Source of the DNA: Paramoeba atlantica
Taxonomy: Eukaryota; Protista; Discosea
Reading direction: 5' to 3'
NCBI GenBank assembly: GCA_977017575.1
Contig: CDRNVI010000060.1
Location: forward strand, 372,001-436,000
Length of the DNA: 64,000 bases
Shown here in pieces: positions 47,499 through 58,600 of the stretch. How positions within the stretch are numbered: the stretch's first letter is position 1; every line of letters begins with the position of its first letter. Below the pieces are notes generated by a model that was given only the letters and a program-made list of their open reading frames with translations, made no database searches and was not told the origin of the DNA. Position numbers and translations under genes: made by a program.

Positions 47499-48989
47499 AT
47501 GCAAACTTCGCTGAACGCACTAACCACGGTGCTCTCCAAAATCGGATTAAAAATCAACGTCACAAAAAGTCGAGTTCAATGTATGAGCATGCGGAAAGGC
47601 GAAGAGCACCCGGGGTACATGACGAGAAGACCTGCAGTAACCACATACGGAGAAAAAATTCCACATATTTGTGACGCCGGACGCTCATTTCTTGGTATGA
47701 CCCTCGCCCCTGGATCTCAGCAGCTAAACGAACTTTTCAAGAAATTAAACTCAAAGCTGAAGGGATGGCTCGAAAACACGAGTGCCAGCGCCCATAATCT
47801 CCCGGCTAAGCTGTGGATCTACAGACACGCTATAATTTCCCGACTTCGGTTTCAGTTTACCATCCACCCCTGCATCTCTTTCAGCTCAGTTCTGCGGCTT
47901 CAGAAGCGAGTCACAGCACACATTCGACGACGGATTAACATGGCTCGTGCCGGTAGCACAGAAGTACTATACTCCTGCCGCGGCTGGAATCTCAAAAGTC
48001 TGACATAACTCTGGTACGAGTGCACCGGAACGTCACTTACCCAAATGCATCAATCACGAGACCCGAACGTGCTCAAGGCATTGCGCTTCCGCATCCAGGA
48101 AGAGCAAAGGAAGCGTGCGAAAGGTCAAATCCGCCCAGCTGCACAAATAACCGATCATCTTAACGACCCACAGCGCGCACGACAAATACTCCGTGATGCC
48201 CACGAAGAACAAATGATTACACGTCTACGACAACGTGCTCCTGTTGCTGCCCTCTGGTGGCAGTTTCCGTCAGACCCAGAAATGGCACAAGAATTTGCAT
48301 CTGCCATCCATGGGATCCGAAACGAGAAACTCTCGTCCTCCGTCATGACTCTAACCCCCCTGCCCTCCCGAGTATCCCTTGCACAATGGGGTCGCAACTA
48401 TCACTCTGATACAAAATGTCCCATATGCCGAGACAAACCACAAACAACAAGACACGTCCTTTCATCATGCAACACATCCTTACAACAAGGGAGGTACACA
48501 CTCAGACACGACATGGTTCTCCGCGAGTTCGCACGACACGTACGCCAATCCCCTGCCACCGAAGCTTGCCACTTTGACCTCACGGGTGAACGGAACCCAC
48601 CCCCGTGGTACACCAGTAGCGACAGTTTACTGCGCCCGGATGGCTGGATCAAACTACGGAACGGGACCGAGTTCATCATTAAGCTAACTGTCCCGTGGGA
48701 GGAGAACTGTGAAAACGCACACCGGCGGAAGTCAGAGAAGTATAACTCACTTCTCCACGAGCGCAGAATCGAGAACCCGAACTGCTACGCCCTAGCGTTC
48801 GAGATCGGCGCACGGGGACTTCCTAGCGGATCCTGTCGCTATCTCGACGCCGTGTTCCAAGGAGAACGAAAACGAGCCAGATCATGCAGAGAAAGCATGA
48901 GTTTAATGGCTGGTCGGGCCAGCTATATTATCTGGGCTCGGAGGAACGAAGCTGAATGGACGGACGAGGAAAACTGCTCTGCTTGCTAA
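47499..48989 (+). pseudogene. HERO/NeSL-like RLE non-LTR retrotransposon, 3' part (RT end, CCHC, RLE)
   Basis: IGLKINVTKS, KLWIYRHAIISRL, CPIC..TTRHVLSSC, RYTLRHDMVL, RPDGW, LTVPWEE, RKSEKY, EIGARG; stop at 48006. Confidence 0.85.
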
Positions 48990-49191
48990 ATAAAAAGGGT
49001 TATCCCGTTGTATGCGGGCCTTACCCTGAAAACTCTCTGCTATTATGCAATAGTATGAACAAACAAAATACATTCACCGTCTGTTTTTCCGTTTGTAACC
49101 TTCCCTCCAACCTCCTTTTCTTTGCAACTTGCATATTCGACACACTTTTCCCTTTGAATATAATAACACTGGCGGTTAGGGCGGGGCTTTT

Positions 49192-49434
49192 TCATAAGCT
49201 CTTGCTGCTCCCGGCAGGGCCAGCCACCCGCGAACGAAAATCCCGCTTTGGACAGTTTTTCCATACATGATCGGGTGAACGGCACCCAAAACACAGCATT
49301 CGCGGTCTTCGGTATGGCGCAGGCGCGCGAGCTGGTGTGACGTGCGGAGTAAAATAACGCTGCGATCCTTGAGGTACATACGTGGTGTATGCTCGAGATA
49401 AATGTTTTTGTCTTTCCGCCAGCTGATCACTCAC
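49192..49434 (-). pseudogene. Gag/ORF1-type CCHC zinc-knuckle fragment
   Basis: CFGCRSPDHVWKNC fits Cx2Cx4Hx4C. Confidence 0.7.
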
Positions 49435-49480
49435 GTTTTTGTTTGTTTTATCACAAGGCCGTTTGTCTCCGAAGAGATCT

Positions 49481-51557
49481 TGTACCTTGTTGATTTATTT
49501 TCTTAATCTTTCTCACGTTCCATGGTTCTAACTCGCTCTAAAGCAAAACAGGAATCCAACTTTGATCGCGAAGCGGGCGCGCACAAGCTCGGTTCATGGG
49601 ACCAGTTTCAGGCAAACAAAGACCTGGTTAAAGGCGCTAGCACATACAAGGAAGAGCTGTACACGACACCACTTCCGCCGGATCCTTCATCAGAATTAGA
49701 ACAACGGGCCGAAGACATTGCCCTCAGCATTACGAACTCCATCGAAGGCGTGACACCAGACACAGGGCGTCAGCAAACGAGCTCGGAAGAAGAATTATTT
49801 TCCAGCGTCCGTCCCACCGAGAATTCCGTTTTCCAGTTCGAAGGGGCCGCTCCTTCTTCACTCAGCCAATCGAAATCTACATACAAGGCTGTGAAGGAGA
49901 AATGCGAGCGCCACAACCGGGGGATAGCTCGTACCGAATACAATTATGACGACGACAAATTAATTTTCCCCGACCTGACGCCTCAAGACCTCGACTTTTC
50001 GTTGAGCGGTGGAACCAAAGTAAGGAAAAAGAAAAAGCGTCCTAAAGGGATCTCACTTTCCCAGCTACATACCCAGTTATGCACCGAGTCTGGGGGCGAC
50101 AGTGATGACCGTGACTCCACAGATGCGTCAACAAGTGTTCACAGCTCTCCGGCTGAATCACCCCTGAAGAAGTTAACCCCGAAAACGGCTGTAGGCAAAC
50201 GTAAACGTCCCCAGCAGGTGTCGAAAACTACCTCCCCTGACGCCCCCAAAGCCGAAACAATGAACAATGCCCCCGAACCGACCCCAACCCAAAACTGTGC
50301 GATAGAAAAAACACACACCACGCATGAAAATACGCGAAAATGTCCCTTCGAGGGATGTACTTGGAAAACAGGGCCCCACGGGGGCCAATGGCAGGCATTC
50401 CACAACCACGTAGCAAACAGACACAGTGATGAGGTCCCAGACGAGTGGTGGAAAGACGAAGGACGTTTTAGGTGTCATGATTGCAATAAACATTATGATC
50501 AAGGCAAACGGGAAACCCATGACAAGATCTGCATGTTCCGCCATTCCTCTCCTCAAAGCCGTCCGTCGCCCTCGACGAGCAGTGCCGATCCTGTTCTAAG
50601 CCCCAATGTGGACTCGAATGCTCTTCCTGCCCTTAACTCACCTTCCACACCCTCTCATCAAAGCGTAGTAAGCGAAAACGTGAAAGTCTCCGACACACCC
50701 CTTCCGAGTTTATCCTCTATCAGTGCGCTACTTATTAACACTTGCAAGGACATCCCCAACAGTTGCCGACAAGAATGGGCTAAAACACTCTGCGGTTGCT
50801 TATCCACAGCAGCGAGAGAGAACACGCTCGAGGCATGGACACTCCTCGCCATGCTGCCCAAATGCGTCCTACCCGCCCCTCATCGCGGAGGTAACCGCGC
50901 AAAAGCCTCTTACGCCTCCCATGTAAAGAAGTGCCTCGCGAGATGGTCCAACAAAGATTTCCTGGCGCTTTGGAAAGAAGCTGTCTCGAGTGTATCACGC
51001 AAAAAGAAAAATGTACCACAAGCGCTTACCATTGACGAAGAAGTAAAGAAAGCGGCTTTACGGGCAGAACGGCTTGTCCGCGACGCGGAGCTCTCCCGCG
51101 CCATGACAGCATTAACTTCGGAACCACTTGCCCCTGACGACGACGCCACCTACTCGAAGCTCCAGGCAAAGCATCCTCAGAGACTTGACAGCACTTTCAA
51201 CGTGGCAAGCCCTTCAGCGCCGGAAGCAAAACCGCTTGAAGCAACGGAAGACGAAGTAGCCGAGGCCCTAGCGACTTTCCACCGAGGGTCCTCGGGAGGG
51301 GCCTTCGGTATGCGGCCGGAGCACGTTCAGGCCGCGATGCAGTACCATCACGACGCGTACACCGATCCTCTGGGCACGCTTACGAAGTTTACCAATCACT
51401 TGCTCGCAGGAAAAGCACCGTTGGAAGTCAAAGATTATTTTGCGGGTGGTCGGTTATGCGCCCTGAAAAAGGGTGAACACGATGTTCGTCCAATTGCTGC
51501 CGGAGAAACCCTTCGCCGCTTGGCAAGCAAAGTTGCCTGCCTCTCCGCAAAATTCAA
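49481..51557 (+). mobile_element. SL-LsmAD-CRE chimera, copy 1 (in-frame fusion from ATG 49522; truncated in RT domain 2)
   Basis: SL 3' end tgtaccttgttg (49481-49492). WDQFQANKDLVKGASTYKEELYTT..RAEDIA..EEELFSSV is an LsmAD pattern. Zn fingers and RT motifs follow, nearly identical to 55619-57673. Confidence 0.88.
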
Positions 51558-51609
51558 TTGCCCTCTCCGCAAAATTCAATTTGCAAGCAGTTGCCTGCCT
51601 CTCCGCGCA

Positions 51610-51955
51610 TTGCCCCCGTGGAACCTGCTTGGATGTTTTTGTTGATAACACCTCCTGTCAGGCTGCACTGAACAGGAGGATCTCCAAGTCAAAGGGGGTT
51701 TCAATGGAATTGCGCGAAGTCCTGCGACTGACAGAGGACAAAGGTATATGTGTCAAGGCAGCGTATATATCCACGGATGAGAACCCGGCGGATGCTGTCA
51801 GTCGCGGGAAGGAGATTAAGATGGAGAAGGTCAAGAGATATGAAGGTAAGATCGAGAGAGACATTAGTGATGTAGACAGTCATATTCAGAGAAAACCCTA
51901 AGGGACAGGATCACCAAATACAAAAAAAAAGACAAGAAAAAAAAAGAAAAAAAAA
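51610..51955 (+). pseudogene. TATE-type RNase H 3' fragment with A-rich tail
   Basis: GTCLDVFVDNTSC..ENPADAVSR, stop at 51901; A-rich run 51921-51955. Confidence 0.85.
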
Positions 51956-51956
51956 G

Positions 51957-54900
51957 ATATTTTATTCATAAAAGGATTTTTTATATGTAAAAAATCAACG
52001 ATTTTGTTTTGTTGGTGTTTCTGAAATGCTAAATTTGATGAATGTACCTGTTTACGAATTTAAATATTTCTGAATGTAAATAGGTATCTCTTTTAAATTC
52101 AGAAACAACAACACATCGTCCTGTTCTCGAAACTCCTAGAGTACCGTCTTTTCATCGAACCGTCCGAGGGTCAGCCCCCGTGCCCATGGCGTGCTACACT
52201 AATGGTGAAGGAGAAATCTCAGGAGTTGGATTGCGAGTTTCAAGGGTGAGCTCACCGAAAAAATTATTCGGAAGTTATGACCCTAGTTGTCACGACCTGT
52301 CGACCGATATCCTCCTCAAGCCGCAAGATTGGAAGTTCGAACATTTTTGCAGTGATCTTTATAGGAAAAATCTTATTGGAAAGCTTAGGCACGAGGTGCG
52401 AAAGTGTTTCGGGCACTCTGCAGATCCCTCATCAGTATCGAGAGATATCGTAAGTCTAGATCTGGCGCTTGATACCATTGCAGCTCACCTAGCTGATTGC
52501 TGTTCTCGTGCGAGGGCGGGTTTGTTTATCACGATGCGTTCGATTGAACCATCTATGGAGGTGATACATTATTTGCGAATAAAACACAGAATGGGTCGGA
52601 AATTTGGCGACTACTGGAAGGAGGCTCTTAGAGCTGATACCCTCGAGGGGAAATATCTTCAGGCTCAGCGTGAAATGATGAGGTTTCACGAAGCTAACGT
52701 CATCGCGAGGAGAGATGGGAAGAACCGCCGGCGCGCTCGAGTGCGAAGGAGATATGCGAAGGAAAATCCACGTCCAAGGGGGTTTAAAAGGGGGCACATG
52801 GAATTAAGGCGCCTCGAGAAAGATCAAACTCTCCCGCGGGCCCTTTTCTACGAAAGAAAATGCACGAAGCTCGCCTCGGAAAGAGAAACCGTACCGGGGT
52901 CGCATAACCTTAAAGTCCGGCCTCCGCTTTCGCGTAAGACTCAGCCCTCAAAAGGAAACAGCTCCAGTAGGAAAGGGATTCAAGGTAGGCGTTCTCGACA
53001 CATACCGAGCCAAGGAAATTATGGAACGGGCCTTATTAGAGTTTCTGTTCGAGACGATTCTGGAAAATCACCTAGTGAAACATTTCCGGGAGATTGTACT
53101 GGTAAAGGACATGATGAGACCAGTCTATCTATTTACCCAGGTAAGGATGATTTTCCCAAGAAATTTAAGAGTTTAGGTGAGAATGTTTCCCATCGCACGA
53201 GAATAGGCGTGGAAGCGACAAAAGAAGGGAAGAAAAGACCCCTGAGACGCAGAAATATTGTGGGGAAGAAAAAGTCCCACATGGAGGATACCAAACAAGG
53301 TAAATCGGACGACATGATTCAGGGCGCCGGAAAGGAACCCGGGCGATTACTCATGCCACGCGGGTATGGGAATAGGGCTCAGGAAGAGTCCTCATTAAAC
53401 GCGGCTCAGCACCACGGGCGAGCTGGCGTCGCCGCACCTGTCGGTGCCGGCACCTCTCCTTGGAGGATACTCTGTGATTTTGTATCCTATACCTATACGA
53501 GTTTTATGCGCAGGACGTTTTTTGGAGAGAGAAACCATCCCAGAAAAGAGAACTGGCCAATCGATCCGATTGATGTAAAACGGGTAAATGTAGAAGAACT
53601 ACTTCTACTGAAAACTGGAAGCGATGTGAGAGAAGAAAAGAAAATATTCGGTTTCGTGCAGGACGCGAATAAGTTTAAGGGCTTGTTGAGGAAGGATTAC
53701 GATCCTCGTTATCGCGGTGAATCGAAGAGGCTGGAACCTTTCGTGGAGGAGATGGTGAGGTCCGGGGTAATAAAGAGAATCCCACGGAGAACCGCAAAAA
53801 TATGGATGACAGCATTTTTGATTCCCAAGCCGAAGAAGAAAACCATGCGTGTGATCTTGAATGCGATTCCTCTCAACGAGATACAATCTATAGTCCCAGG
53901 CCCTTTAACGTTAGCGAGCTTGCAGGATATTGAAAAGGCGGTCCTGGAAAACAAATTCTTCGGGGAGACGGATGGAAGAAATTGGTACCATCAGTTTGGG
54001 CTTCCAGAAGATGTTCTGCCCTACTTGGCCGTTCGCATTAAGGGAAGGACATATGGTTGGGCCACATTGCCCATGGGATGGCATTCTTCGGTAAAAATTG
54101 GTCATGCGGCTACAAGCTTGATCCACAACCTTCCGGTTAGTAATTCACATCCACTGACTTTTATCGACAATTGTTACCGCTTTGGAACCAGCCAGGAGGG
54201 TGTAGAGGATGACCTGAGCCAAACTTTGCAACGTGCGAAGCTGGTTGGCGCCGAAATTGCGGTCACCACGAAGCCCACCAGTAAGGGCACGGTATTAGGC
54301 ATTGAGGTAAATCTAGAGGAAAAGAAACTCTCACTGCCGGTTCAGTTTATTGATAAATTAAAACACTTACGCGAGGCATTCAAGTTACTAGCGCAACAGC
54401 ATCGCTTGCCGACGCACCGTCTAATCTGGAAAGTGTTGGGGACTCTGTTCTGGGCAACTAGAGTGTTAGGTATTACTCAATGCGAATTTCCAACTGTGAT
54501 GTATTGGCTGAAGGGGAGAGCACGCAGATTGGCAGCTAAGCCAGTCTTATGGGATTTACCATGCCAGATGTCCCAGAAATTCATCTCGAGCCTTATTGCG
54601 CTAATCGATAGAGTGGAGGCAAACACCCCTAGAAAATTGGAGAGGGGAGAAACCAGTGCCTTTGAATTGTATTGTGATGCTTCCGAGAAGGGGTGGGGAC
54701 TAGCATGGCTGCAGGGCGGCAGTCTTCAGTATCGCTCTGGAAATTTTGCGGCCTGGCTCAGAGATAAGCCTATTGCATATAAGGAGCTATTCGCAGCAGA
54801 GATGGGCTTAAAACTGGTAAAGGAAAGAAAAATCAAGGCTTGTACACTGATATCAGATAATAAGAACGTTGTGGCATGGCTGTCCAAATGGAAGGCAGGA

Positions 54901-55620
54901 CCCCCGCTAATTATGGAGTGGCTACGCCGGTTATACCAGGTGTTTTTCCTACCTGGTTATCTCAAGGAGGTCCGTTGGATTTGCTCCGAGAAAAACATAG
55001 CAGATGAACCCTCACGCCATGGGAACGAGAGCGACAGGCATGGCCATGTATCTCTTTTAAATTCAGAAACAACAACGTTCTAAAGCGTTATAACGTTATA
55101 ATTCAACAAAAACTTTTGCATTTCGCGAGTTTATTTGTCAAGAAAATCTTACCATTTAGTGTAAGGAGGTATTATCTCCAACATACCAAATCGTAAATTT
55201 ATAGGTTTTACTTATTGGGTTCTAACATGTTTCGATCGCTTCGCATGGAGATCGTATTCATATGAAAAAGATATTTTATTCATAAAAGGATTTTTTATAT
55301 GTAAAAAATCAACGATTTTGTTTTGTTGGTGTTTCTGAAATGCTAAATTTGATGAATGTACCTGTTTACGAATTTAAATATTTCTGAATGTAAATAGGTA
55401 TCTCTTTTAAATTCAGAAACAACAACGTTCTAAAGCGTTATAACGTTATAATTCAACAAAAACTTTTGCATTTCGCGAGTTTATTTGTCAAGAAAATCTT
55501 ACCATTTAGTGTAAGGAGGTATTATCTCCAACATACAAAATCGTAAATTTATAGGTTTTACTTATTGGGTTCTAACATGTTTCGATCGCTTCGCATGGAG
55601 ATCGTATTCATATGAAAAAG
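51957..55620. repeat. Tandem 350-bp AT-rich duplication; the first unit is interrupted by the RT-RNase H element
   Basis: Unit 1 = 51957-52112 plus 55077-55270; unit 2 = 55271-55620; near identical. Confidence 0.92.
52113..55047 (+). mobile_element. TATE/DIRS-type RT-RNase H element (2935 bp) flanked by a 29-bp TSD; no LTR, TIR, poly(A) or recognisable tyrosine recombinase
   Basis: gtatctcttttaaattcagaaacaacaac is at 52084-52112 and 55048-55076, with a single (empty-site) copy at 55398-55426. The uninterrupted 967-aa ORF has RVILN, ETDGRNWYHQF, TLPMGW, FIDN, LYCDAS, KELFAA, SDN and NIADEPSR. Confidence 0.9.
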
Positions 55621-58600
55621 TTTCTGTACCTTGTTGATTTATTTTCTTAATCTTTCTCACGTTCCATGGTTCTAACTCGCTCTAAAGCAAAACAGGAATC
55701 CAACTTTGATCGCGAAGCGGGCGCGCACAAGCTCGGTTCATGGGACCAGTTTCAGGCAAACAAAGACCTGGTTAAAGGCGCTAGCACATACAAGGAAGAG
55801 CTGTACACGACACCACTTCCGCCGGATCCTTCATCAGAATTAGAACAACGGGCCGAAGACATTGCCCTCAGCATTACGAACTCCATCGAAGGCGTGACAC
55901 CAGACACAGGGCGTCAGCAAACGAGCTCGGAAGAAGAATTATTTTCCAGCGTCCGTCCCACCTTCCCCCAGCGTCCCTCCTTCTTCACTCAGCCAATCGA
56001 AATCTACATACAAGGCTGTGAAGGAGAAATGCGAGCGCCACAACCGGGGGATAGCTCGTACCGAATACAATTATGACGACGACAAATTAATTTTCCCCGA
56101 CCTGACGCCTCAAGACCTCGACTTTTCGTTGAGCGGTGGAACCAAAGTAAGGAAAAAGAAAAAGCGTCCTAAAGGGATCTCACTTTCCCAGCTACATACC
56201 CAGTTATGCACCGAGTCTGGGGGCGACAGTGATGACCGTGACTCCACAGATGCGTCAACAAGTGTTCACAGCTCTCCGGCTGAATCACCCCTGAAGAAGT
56301 TAACCCCGAAAACGGCTGTAGGCAAACGTAAACGTCCCCAGCAGGTGTCGAAAACTACCTCCCCTGACGCCCCCAAAGCCGAAACAATGAACAATGCCCC
56401 CGAACCGACCCCAACCCAAAACTGTGCGATAGAAAAAACACACACCACGCATGAAAATACGCGAAAATGTCCCTTCGAGGGATGTACTTGGAAAACAGGG
56501 CCCCACGGGGGCCAATGGCAGGCATTCCACAACCACGTAGCAAACAGACACAGTGATGAGGTCCCAGACGAGTGGTGGAAAGACGAAGGACGTTTTAGGT
56601 GTCATGATTGCAATAAACATTATGATCAAGGCAAACGGGAAACCCATGACAAGATCTGCATGTTCCGCCATTCCTCTCCTCAAAGCCGTCCGTCGCCCTC
56701 GACGAGCAGTGCCGATCCTGTTCTAAGCCCCAATGTGGACTCGAATGCTCTTCCTGCCCTTAACTCACCTTCCACACCCTCTCATCAAAGCGTAGTAAGC
56801 GAAAACGTGAAAGTCTCCGACACACCCCTTCCGAGTTTATCCTCTATCAGTGCGCTACTTATTAACAGTTGCAAGGACATCCCCAACAGTTGCCGACAAG
56901 AATGGGCTAAAACACTCTGCGGTTGCTTATCCACAGCAGCGAGAGAGAACACGCTCGAGGCATGGACACTCCTCGCCATGCTGCCCAAATGCGTCCTACC
57001 CGCCCCTCATCGCGGAGGTAACCGCGCAAAAGCCTCTTACGCCTCCCATGTAAAGAAGTGCCTCGCGAGATGGTCCAACAAAGATTTCCTGGCGCTTTGG
57101 AAAGAAGCTGTCTCGAGTGTATCACGCAAAAAGAAAAATGTACCACAAGCGCTTACCATTGACGAAGAAGTAAAGAAAGCGGCTTTACGGGCAGAACGGC
57201 TTGTCCGCGACGCGGAGCTCTCCCGCGCCATGACAGCATTAACTTCGGAACCACTTGCCCCTGACGACGACGCCACCTACTCGAAGCTCCAGGCAAAGCA
57301 TCCTCAGAGACTTGACAGCACTTTCAACGTGGCAAGCCCTTCAGCGCCGGAAGCAAAACCGCTTGAAGCAACGGAAGACGAAGTAGCCGAGGCCCTAGCG
57401 ACTTTCCACCGAGGGTCCTCGGGAGGGGCCTTCGGTATGCGGCCGGAGCACGTTCAGGCCGCGATGCAGTACCATCACGACGCGTACACCGATCCTCTGG
57501 GCACGCTTACGAAGTTTACCAATCACTTGCTCGCAGGAAAAGCACCGTTGGAAGTCAAAGATTATTTTGCGGGTGGTCGGTTATGCGCCCTGAAAAAGGG
57601 TGAACACGATGTTCGTCCAATTGCTGCCGGAGAAACCCTTCGCCGCTTGGCAAGCAAAGTTGCCTGCCTCTCCGCAAAATTCAAGGCCCGAAAACTCTTC
57701 AGAGGGCACCAGTACGGCGTAGCCACACCTGCTGGAGCCGAGCGCATCATCCACCTCTGTCGGAAGACCTTCGCCGAACATATTGAGGATGACGACTTCC
57801 TGCTATGCAAAGTCGACCTCAAAAACGCTTTCAATAACGTCTCACGGGATTTCTTTGTGGCCCTAACACGCCAGCATTTCCCTGAGCTGGGTGCGTACGT
57901 GGAGTGGTGTTACAACACTCAAAGCATTCTGACCTTTGGCTCACGCTTTATCGAATCATCTGAAGGGGTGCAACAAGGCGACCCCCTGGGCCCTCTGCTC
58001 TTTTCGCTTGTGATGAAAGAAGTTTCCCTACAAATCCACACTGCCGCTCCGAAACTCGCTTTAAACCTGTGGTACTTGGACGACGGGATACTCGCCGGTC
58101 CATCCTGCGACGTTCGGCACGCACTAGACATGATCGCGATGTCCGGCCCGAAATGGGGATTGCATATCAACGTGGCCAAGTGCGAGATCGCAACACACCC
58201 AGCTTCCTCCCATCGTTGCTCACTTTTCCCTGACATCCCCGGCCTGAACACGAATTCGGCAGGAAATTTTCATATTTTGGGGAGTCCAATTGGTTCGACA
58301 GAATTTTGCCGCGAATTCTTTCTCAAGAACACAATCGACATGGCAGAGGAATCTCTCGAGGCCATAGCTACACTTGAAGATCCCCAGGTGGCCCTTTCCC
58401 TCATACGCCACTGTACTGGTTTCTGTAAAATGGTTTACTCGCTCAGGACTACCCCGACAACGGAACTTCAAGATATCTGCCAACGCTTAGATGATGCCGT
58501 CCAGCGCACTATTGAACACTTCTTCCGTCCTTTGAGTGATGGGGCGCGACGCCAGGCGCAACGCGAAAAGCGGTACGGGGGGTTGGGCCTTCGGTCGGCG

